NCBI GenBank assembly: GCA_046757025.1
Contig: JBHHXN010000140.1
Location: 1 to 13,734, forward strand
DNA length: 13,734 nucleotides
Direction of reading: 5' to 3'
DNA from: a bacterium
Lineage (GTDB): Bacteria; Zhuqueibacterota; Zhuqueibacteria; Oceanimicrobiales; Oceanimicrobiaceae
Of the stretch, positions 7,795 to 13,734 are shown piece after piece. Both the position numbers and the translations under genes were made by a program. The first letter of the stretch is position 1; the number at the start of each line of letters is the position of its first letter. The notes beneath the pieces are model-generated. The model had not been told where the DNA came from. It did no database searches and worked only from the letters and a program-made list of their open reading frames with translations.

Positions 7795-8676
7795 GTGAAT
7801 TCCTTGAAATACTATTTCATCGTGCTTCTAACCGGTGCGGTACTTGCGCTGCCAACGGCGTGTCTCCGTGCTCAGGAAGTGAACCCAGACTCGCTTGGTC
7901 TGGTGGTGGCGGTGTTGAACTTCAACAACAACACCGACGTCTTTGCTTATGAGAAACTGGTGAACAGCATTCCCGAAATGTTGAAAACCGAGCTCTCGAT
8001 ATATCCCGATCTCGTGGTGGTGGAACGGCAGCGCATCGAAAAAATTATGCAGGAACAAGCCCTTACCCTCTCCGGATTTTTAAACGAGGAATCCGCACAG
8101 CAAGTGGGGCAACTGCTCGGAGCTCAATACATTCTCATGGGCGAGCTCAATAGAATCAACGCCGGTTTGCGAATCGACTGCCACATTATCAGCGTGGAAA
8201 CTGGCCAGGTGAAAGGGGAAAAGATCGCTGGCCCCGGCAGAGCTGCCTTCGAAAAAATGCTGCAGCTTCTGGCCAGCAATATTGTCCATAATCTCACCGG
8301 CCAGGGGCAGTTTCAATCCAGAGTCCGCCTGCGCAATTATCCCACCCGCTGGTTTATCGTGGCTACAACGATTACCGCCATCGCCACCGGCATCACGCAC
8401 GCGGTTTCGCAAAGCGCGTACAATTCCTATCAGGACGCCACGCAGCTCGATGATTTTGACCGCTTTTACAACCGGGCCAACAATTTTCGCAAGGTGCGCA
8501 ACGGATTGATCGTGGCCACGGCCACCGTCGCGCTTACCACCACAATACTGTGGCTTAAGGACCGCAGCCAGCGCAATCAAATTTACGCCACGGCAACGCC
8601 GACATCGTGGTCGGCCCCGTATTTCGCGATGCGAATGGATGGTGGACTGAGTTTAAATTGGAGAGTGTCGTTTTAA
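7795..8676 (+). CDS. Secreted CsgG/HfaB/FlgO-like domain protein with a C-terminal hydrophobic hairpin
   Basis: The ORF is open from 7732. The GTG at 7795 (or TTG at 7804) gives a clean signal peptide ending LRAQ, so the start is uncertain. Motifs VAVLNF, VVERQRIEKIMQEQ, AQQVGQLLGAQYILMG and ISVETG are typical of the CsgG/TolB_N/FlgO fold. The protein ends LSLNWRVSF. Confidence 0.82.
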   Translation: MNSLKYYFIVLLTGAVLALPTACLRAQEVNPDSLGLVVAVLNFNNNTDVFAYEKLVNSIPEMLKTELSIYPDLVVVERQRIEKIMQEQALTLSGFLNEESAQQVGQLLGAQYILMGELNRINAGLRIDCHIISVETGQVKGEKIAGPGRAAFEKMLQLLASNIVHNLTGQGQFQSRVRLRNYPTRWFIVATTITAIATGITHAVSQSAYNSYQDATQLDDFDRFYNRANNFRKVRNGLIVATATVALTTTILWLKDRSQRNQIYATATPTSWSAPYFAMRMDGGLSLNWRVSF

Positions 8677-8677
8677 A

Positions 8678-9442
8678 ATGCGTAAGATATTTGCCATTGC
8701 CCTGATATTTATTGCCGTTACGGTGGCGGGGTTGCGATGTACGGATCTCAAGCGGGACAATCCGCTGGATCCCGCCAATCCCGAAAGCGAACGCAGCCGG
8801 ATTGTGCTGGTGGAGGCCTTTGTAAATGAAAGCACACCGTTCACGCCGTTTGCGCTTTCGGCACTGGATGAAATCGCCGCACAAACCAGTCGGGAGCAGA
8901 CGCTGATACTGCAGTATCATTTACCGTCGGCCAATTATGCTGACGACCTGGCCACCGCCGTTGCCAAAACCCGCTACGATTTTTATGTGACGCAGGACCA
9001 GGCGGTACCGGATGTGTTCTTCAACGGACTGCGCCAGCGAATTCAGGGCGCCGCCAGCCAAAGCACCGCTTTAAAACGCTATCAAACGGTCCTGGCCCGG
9101 GAGCGGGAAGCGACTTCTCACTTTACGATCGAAGCGAAACAACAGGTAGCCGGTGGAACGCTTTCGGTACAAGTGCGGTTGGCCCGTCTGGGCGAAACCG
9201 CGTTCACCGACTTCTTTGTGCAGGCCGTCGCGTACGAAGATATTGGCACGGCCGGTCATCATTTTGTGGTGCGCGCAGTTCTGCCCGCGGAGTCGGTGCG
9301 CCGATTGGATGCCGGCGAAATAGCCGAAATTGACTTCACCGCAGCCGTTGACACCGAGGTCAATCCCCAAAGCTGGCAGGCAGTGGTTTTTATTCAGCAG
9401 AGCAGCAGTAAAGAAATTATGCAATCGACTCTGGCAAATTGA
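8678..9442 (+). CDS. Probable lipoprotein with an Omp28-related thioredoxin-like domain plus a beta-sandwich domain
   Basis: Starts 1 nt after the upstream stop. Hydrophobic signal ends at the only Cys (C21, atypical lipobox GLRC). Motifs VLVEAF, LQYH, RYDFY, VPDVFFNG, AYED..FVVR and VVFIQ..KEIMQS follow the Omp28-related pattern. Confidence 0.75.
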   Translation: MRKIFAIALIFIAVTVAGLRCTDLKRDNPLDPANPESERSRIVLVEAFVNESTPFTPFALSALDEIAAQTSREQTLILQYHLPSANYADDLATAVAKTRYDFYVTQDQAVPDVFFNGLRQRIQGAASQSTALKRYQTVLAREREATSHFTIEAKQQVAGGTLSVQVRLARLGETAFTDFFVQAVAYEDIGTAGHHFVVRAVLPAESVRRLDAGEIAEIDFTAAVDTEVNPQSWQAVVFIQQSSSKEIMQSTLAN

Positions 9443-9472
9443 GGCGAAACCATTAATTTTGTTCAATTGAAA

Positions 9473-10138
9473 ATGAGTAGCACAAAAATCTGTTTTACAA
9501 TATTCGTCCTGATGGTACTTCTATTCGTTTTCATCGGCTGCGAAGAGATCGAAGGCCTGCTCAACACCAACAAACCGCCGGTCATCGACCGCATGTTTGC
9601 TTTGAACGACAACCTGTCTCCCACCGACACCACCAGCATCGTTGTGGAAGCGCACGATCCCGAAGAGGAGAGTCTGTCGTATGAATGGAGCACCGAAGAC
9701 GGACTGCTGTCATCGACTTCCGGACAAAGGGTCGTGTGGACCGCGCCCGCCACGGGTGGGAATTTTCGTGTGACCGTAAAAGTTACGGATATTTCCAAAG
9801 GCAAGAGCGAAGCGTCGGTCACGCTTTCGGTTTTAGCCAGCGAAAACCCCACGGTAAAGATTATTCAGCCTGAAAATCGTAGCCACATTCCCGGACTGGG
9901 CAGCATTAACATCGAAGCCATAGCCGGCCATCCGAACGGCATTCGCGAGGTGGTGTTTTTTGTGGACCAGGCGATGCTTGGCCGCGACAACACCGCGCCT
10001 TACGTCATGCCCTGGCAGATCGAAGGCAAGTCGGGTGAATCTATCATCGTCGTGCAGGCGTTCCGGGCGGGACCGAATGGCGGCGAACCCGGCGTGGATT
10101 CCGTGAAAGTCAGCATCGAAGGCGTCACCCGCCTTTAA
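9473..10138 (+). CDS. Lipoprotein with PKD-like and bacterial Ig-like domains
   Basis: ATG at 9473 (TTG at 9467 is an alternative) with lipobox FIGC. Domain 1 has NKPPVI..AHDPEEESLSYEW..WTAP..VTVKVTD. Domain 2 has PTVKIIQP..GIREVVFFVD..DNTAPYVMPW. Confidence 0.85.
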   Translation: MSSTKICFTIFVLMVLLFVFIGCEEIEGLLNTNKPPVIDRMFALNDNLSPTDTTSIVVEAHDPEEESLSYEWSTEDGLLSSTSGQRVVWTAPATGGNFRVTVKVTDISKGKSEASVTLSVLASENPTVKIIQPENRSHIPGLGSINIEAIAGHPNGIREVVFFVDQAMLGRDNTAPYVMPWQIEGKSGESIIVVQAFRAGPNGGEPGVDSVKVSIEGVTRL

Positions 10139-10187
10139 AGCTGCGAACGTGTAGTCACAATTCCTAAACTGAAATCCCCTCGCCAGC

Positions 10188-11021
10188 TTATTCCAAGAAC
10201 GCATAAGTAAAGCCCACCGCTAACACTTGTTTAACTTGTCGTCTCGATGAAATATCGCGATCGTAAAGGATGTCCACGTTGACTTGGACGTTGATGTATT
10301 TGGTGACTTTCAAAATCAGATTGTTTTCCCACAATACATCGATGCGATTGAAGGCCTTTAAATTTGAGAATAAATTGAGTTTGGAAGTGAACAACACATT
10401 CTCTTCGAAGTTTGCGTTAAAATCGGTCACCGAGGAAATTCCGCCTTCGACTTTGGACTCTTCGGGGAAAATATCGGTGACGGTTTCTTTGACCATAGCC
10501 CCCAATCGGGTTTTGAAGGTGGAATTTGGTGCGTATCCCAGACCGAAACTCTGTGTAAAATAGCCGGGATCTAAAAATTTGGATATTTTGTTTTTGGTGT
10601 TGTCATCAAAATATTCGAATCCCGCCACAAATTGACTTTTGGCTGTCACGGCTAAAAAAGGATTCAGGAATTTACTTAATTTGCGCGTATAGACGCTTTC
10701 GAGGTTGATTTCATCGGCCGACTTTCGCGCTTCCGCATCTCCAACTTTGGCGAATCCAAAAACGAACTTGCCGGTATTTGACCAATCGTAGTTTTCCTGC
10801 TCTAACGTGAATTTGGTGGCGAGCTTGACCTGCCAGGCAAAGGAATTTTCTCCACCTTGTTCCCAATTGCTGAAACTCGCTTGTGTGAGATTTAAATTGC
10901 CGATGATTTCGTTTTTCCAGCCGTATTTTGAGGAATCCTGTGCACTTTCCTGTGCTGTTAAAATTCCGCTTACGAACAGCAGGCAAACCGTGAGTAAAAG
11001 TCGAATGTTATGTCCTTGCAT
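10188..11021 (-). CDS. DUF3078-like outer membrane beta-barrel protein
   Basis: AGGAGGAG RBS and a signal peptide ending LTAQ. Motifs NLTQASFSNWEQGGENS, RKSADEI, SQFVAGF, SKFLDPGY, WEN..KVTKYI, YDRD and QVKQVLAVGFTY match what I recognise as DUF3078. Confidence 0.88.
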   Translation of the reverse strand: MQGHNIRLLLTVCLLFVSGILTAQESAQDSSKYGWKNEIIGNLNLTQASFSNWEQGGENSFAWQVKLATKFTLEQENYDWSNTGKFVFGFAKVGDAEARKSADEINLESVYTRKLSKFLNPFLAVTAKSQFVAGFEYFDDNTKNKISKFLDPGYFTQSFGLGYAPNSTFKTRLGAMVKETVTDIFPEESKVEGGISSVTDFNANFEENVLFTSKLNLFSNLKAFNRIDVLWENNLILKVTKYINVQVNVDILYDRDISSRRQVKQVLAVGFTYAFLE

Positions 11022-11060
11022 TGTCTCCTCCTGAAAATAAAAATGGCGATCTTTTTTTTG

Positions 11061-11088
11061 AATATACTATATTATTTTTGATAATCAA
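11061..11088 (-). promoter_or_regulatory. Possible sigma70 promoter of the DUF3078-like gene
   Basis: On the - strand: TTGATT, 16-nt spacer, TATATT, ending 39 nt before the ATG. Confidence 0.4.
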
Positions 11089-11412
11089 TTCTAACTCATC
11101 AACGATTGGCTTTTAAATTCTCGCCGTTGGCCCTAAACTGGTTGATCCGGTGATGCTTCGTGATTAAGCATGCCTGAATCTCTCAGGTCCAGCCAACTAT
11201 TTTTAAACTGTGCCAGAAAACGATTTCTCTCCTTCCTGAACAGTTACGTTAAAATCGGTGAGATCAAAATGTATCGAATTGATTTTCCTAAATACAAAGA
11301 AACAGTACTGAGGTGGGGCGTCAATTTAAATTGGCTTATTTTAGATAAAAGACATGGGTAATTGCGCTTCTGTCCGCACATAACCATTTCGCCATTAGCA
11401 AGAGCCATCGGG

Positions 11413-11454
11413 TTGCGATTTTCGCTTTTCGGTTTCTCCTCTTCGCTCTGCGCT
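11413..11454. repeat. Heptamer-periodic intergenic repeat, copy 2
   Basis: Units ttgcgat-tttcgct-tttcggt-ttctcct-cttcgct-ctgcgct. The first 23 nt match 12-34 with one mismatch. Confidence 0.7.
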
Positions 11455-11514
11455 GGTTCAAAAATGTCGAATGGTAGCCTATTAAGAAGAATGTGAAAAG
11501 GGAAGTGAAAAAGG

Positions 11515-12981
11515 TCAGCTATCCTTTTTTAATATGTTTTCAAAATCAAATCCAAACAAAGCCGGCTTTTCGCCGATCACCGCCGCCGAAACGATGTAGA
11601 AGACATAATCATACGTTTCCTGGGGGATTTTATGGTTTTTGACCAAATTCCAGAAATTTCTTTCTTCGGGATTGGGCGGCATTTGTTCGATGAGCTCCTG
11701 CAGGTTGCCGATGCCCCAATTGTAAGACGCCACCACTAACAGTCCGGAGCCCTGGGCGGTGGTGTTGTACAAATCCTCGATGAGTTTTGCGGCCGCTCTG
11801 GTGGATTTTTCGAAATCGTGGCGTTCGTCACGAGGGTCGGCGCGCGGAAGCTCCAACAGCGGCCCCACTTTCAAACCGTACGCCAGAGCGATTTTGGGAA
11901 TGAATTGCCACATGCCTTTGGCGATACCATACTGGGTCTCCGGGCCGCAGCTATTGACATCGAGTCCGCTCTCCTGCACCGCCAGATAAATGTACTGCGG
12001 CGGCAGTTGGCGCTCCAGAAAGATTTTGGCGATGGTCTTATGATAGCCGTTCTCGAGGCTGCGGCCAATGGCATCTTGTAAGCGGTCGTTTTTCTGCCAC
12101 TTTTTGATGTATCTTTTCACTTCGTCGATAAATTCTTTCGGGGCGTTGATTTCGCATTCACCGAAAATACGCGCAATCCGTAATATGAGCTGCTCCTCTT
12201 CGCTGACGTCGTCGTAAATCCCCAACCGAGTGATGAAATTGTCGTACTCGAATTGCAATTGCTGGTAGCGCTGCCGCAGGGCTCTTACTTCTTCGTTGAG
12301 CTCTGGGTCGGACGAGTCTTCAGCCAGTTTGACAAAGCGTGCTATTTGCAGCTCCAAACGTTTCATGTTATAGAAAATGTTGGTGGCCAGCGGCTCCATT
12401 TGCGCCAACTGCCGGTGCTGGTACCAGATCATGGAAAAGGCCGCGATCGTCAAAAAACAAATGGCCGATAACAAAATGAGCAACTTGCGCGTTTTGACCC
12501 GAATGGCCTGTTTGAACGCCCCGCGCAAGTAAATGGTAAAGGGTCCCGCCGCACGCGACAGAGATGGCGAGAAATAGTGCTGATAAACCTGTGTGATCGA
12601 TAACAGTGTTTTGATTTTGGTGGCCGAAATGCGGTTGTGACTGATATCCTTATTGGTGGGTCGTTTTTGCTTGACTTTCAGGGACACGATTGGGCCGCCT
12701 TTGCCCAGTTGCAGTGTCGCTCTTTCATGAAGCAGTTTTTTGTGTACCAGCTCGCCATCCAGAAACGTGCCGTTCGTGCTGTGAAGATCGTGCAGCCACC
12801 ACTGACCATTTTCAAACAGAATTTCGATATGATGACCGCTCACCACGGAATCCGCTATGTGCACATCGCATGAAGCCTCCCGGCCAATCTTAAAAGAGGA
12901 TGTGAAGGTCATCTGCTTTTCATCTTCGCTGCCGCGGTTCATAGTGACGACGATTTCGGTTTTTTGTTTTCTAATCAGCAC
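11515..12981 (-). CDS. FHA domain-TM-coiled coil-MltD-type lytic transglycosylase (SLT) fusion
   Basis: FHA motifs IGR, VSGHH, DLHSTNGTF and LQLG. Single TM LLILLSAICFLTIAAFSMIWY preceded by basic residues. SLT motifs YLAVQESG, GMWQF, DERHD..KSTRAAAK, ASYNWG and PQETYDYV. The GTG start lacks an SD and is uncertain. Confidence 0.92.
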   Translation of the reverse strand: MLIRKQKTEIVVTMNRGSEDEKQMTFTSSFKIGREASCDVHIADSVVSGHHIEILFENGQWWLHDLHSTNGTFLDGELVHKKLLHERATLQLGKGGPIVSLKVKQKRPTNKDISHNRISATKIKTLLSITQVYQHYFSPSLSRAAGPFTIYLRGAFKQAIRVKTRKLLILLSAICFLTIAAFSMIWYQHRQLAQMEPLATNIFYNMKRLELQIARFVKLAEDSSDPELNEEVRALRQRYQQLQFEYDNFITRLGIYDDVSEEEQLILRIARIFGECEINAPKEFIDEVKRYIKKWQKNDRLQDAIGRSLENGYHKTIAKIFLERQLPPQYIYLAVQESGLDVNSCGPETQYGIAKGMWQFIPKIALAYGLKVGPLLELPRADPRDERHDFEKSTRAAAKLIEDLYNTTAQGSGLLVVASYNWGIGNLQELIEQMPPNPEERNFWNLVKNHKIPQETYDYVFYIVSAAVIGEKPALFGFDFENILKKDS

Positions 12982-13055
12982 AAGAATATTGGTTATTTGA
13001 TTTGGGTCAAAAGGCTTTCGTTTCGGCTGGTATCGAGAATCATAATTGTCATGTT

Positions 13056-13103
13056 CAAAAGAAAAAAGGCGATAAGAAAAGATAAATTATCTTATCGCCT
13101 TTT
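13056..13103 (-). terminator. Rho-independent terminator
   Basis: Perfect 14-bp inverted repeat AAAAGGCGATAAGA (13064-13077) and TCTTATCGCCTTTT (13090-13103) with a 12-nt loop. On the - strand it runs into TTTTTTCTTTT and begins 18 nt after the stop at 13122. Confidence 0.88.
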
Positions 13104-13121
13104 CACCAACATTCATGGAAA

Positions 13122-13733
13122 TTATTTCATGGTCATGGCTTGGGGTTTGAATTGGTCATCTTCCACGCCGGTGTTGAATTTGGCGTCGGTTAATTTGGAT
13201 TCCCAGATCATTTCGCCATTTTCTTTGTACTGAGCCACGGTTTGCGCCATGGCGCAGCCCTCGATCATTTTGTAATCGGTCATGGTCATGTACATAGGCT
13301 CTCTTTGGCCTTGCATGTTCAACATTTCGCCGGCGGCTCTTTCGATATAATGCGTCTCCGGATGGATATAGTTTTTGGTCACATTGCCGTATTGGTCCGT
13401 ACTTTGCAAGACAAGGTAAGTCACGTCATCGATGGTTTCATCCGGCAGCAGCTCCAGCGTAAAGCCCTTTTCTTGGTAGTTCAGGAAACCGTCAATCCAG
13501 CCCATCGCCATGACTTCGTAATCGTGCGCCATTTCTTCCATCATCTCTTGTTGCTGGCCCATTTGCATGCTCCAGCCTTTGGTTCCGTCAAAGCAGGACG
13601 TCATGTAAACCGCCCCTTCCTGGTTCATCATATCAAATCGGATCTTATTTGGCCTTTTCACGGTGATGGTCATGGGCATCATCATCTTTTGACCTTCTGG
13701 CATTTCTTTTCCTTCACCCGCTTCTTCCCCTTC
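13122..13733 (-). CDS. LolA-like / outer membrane lipoprotein-sorting family protein, 5'-truncated by the window edge
   Basis: The frame stays open upstream of ATG 13703 to the window edge (EGEEAGEGKE-MPEGQ). The pattern KRPNKIR..FDGTKGW..ETIDDVTYLVL..YIHPETHYI..DYKMIEG..FNTGVEDDQF resembles LolA-like sorting proteins. Confidence 0.72.
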   Translation of the reverse strand, partial: EGEEAGEGKEMPEGQKMMMPMTITVKRPNKIRFDMMNQEGAVYMTSCFDGTKGWSMQMGQQQEMMEEMAHDYEVMAMGWIDGFLNYQEKGFTLELLPDETIDDVTYLVLQSTDQYGNVTKNYIHPETHYIERAAGEMLNMQGQREPMYMTMTDYKMIEGCAMAQTVAQYKENGEMIWESKLTDAKFNTGVEDDQFKPQAMTMK

Positions 13734-13734
13734 T

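Noticed and set aside
7795..8676. Assignment as a true curli csgG gene
   Set aside because: No lipobox, an extra C-terminal hairpin domain, and no csgA/B/E/F genes nearby. Only the fold resemblance is supported.
9440..9475. TGA followed by ten in-frame sense codons into the next gene, as at RND-arfB, suggesting UGA recoding or selenocysteine
   Set aside because: No gene in the window has an internal TGA, each TGA falls at the natural family C-terminus, the downstream gene has its own signal peptide, and no SECIS-like hairpin is evident.
10139..10187. Expected bidirectional terminator between the convergent genes
   Set aside because: Only a weak long-loop pairing (GCTGCGA with TCGCCAGC) and no U-tract, so it is not supportable.
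11170..11361. 63-aa ORF in the 11022-11514 spacer
   Set aside because: No RBS, no motif, AT-rich intergenic composition, and it is opposite to both flanking genes.

Overview
Bacterial chromosomal window from a diderm organism. The gene content suggests an FCB-group lineage such as KSB1 or Calditrichota, but this is inference only. Almost all genes are cell-envelope related. The + strand carries a tripartite RND efflux locus (TolC-family channel, periplasmic adaptor, an interposed class I SAM-dependent methyltransferase, RND permease) preceded by a TetR-type palindrome and followed by arfB. Next is a three-gene envelope cluster: a CsgG/FlgO-like protein with a hydrophobic hairpin and beta-signal-like C-terminus, an Omp28-like lipoprotein lacking CxxC, and an Ig-domain lipoprotein. 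The - strand carries a DUF3078-like beta-barrel protein, an FHA-TM-MltD-type lytic transglycosylase fusion, and a truncated, Met-rich LolA-like protein with a strong terminator. Non-coding features include a nested inverted-repeat element between tolC and the adaptor gene and a dispersed heptamer-periodic repeat with two clear copies and one degenerate copy. I found no rRNA, tRNA, CRISPR array or transposase. All family calls come from motif recognition by eye, not database searches.
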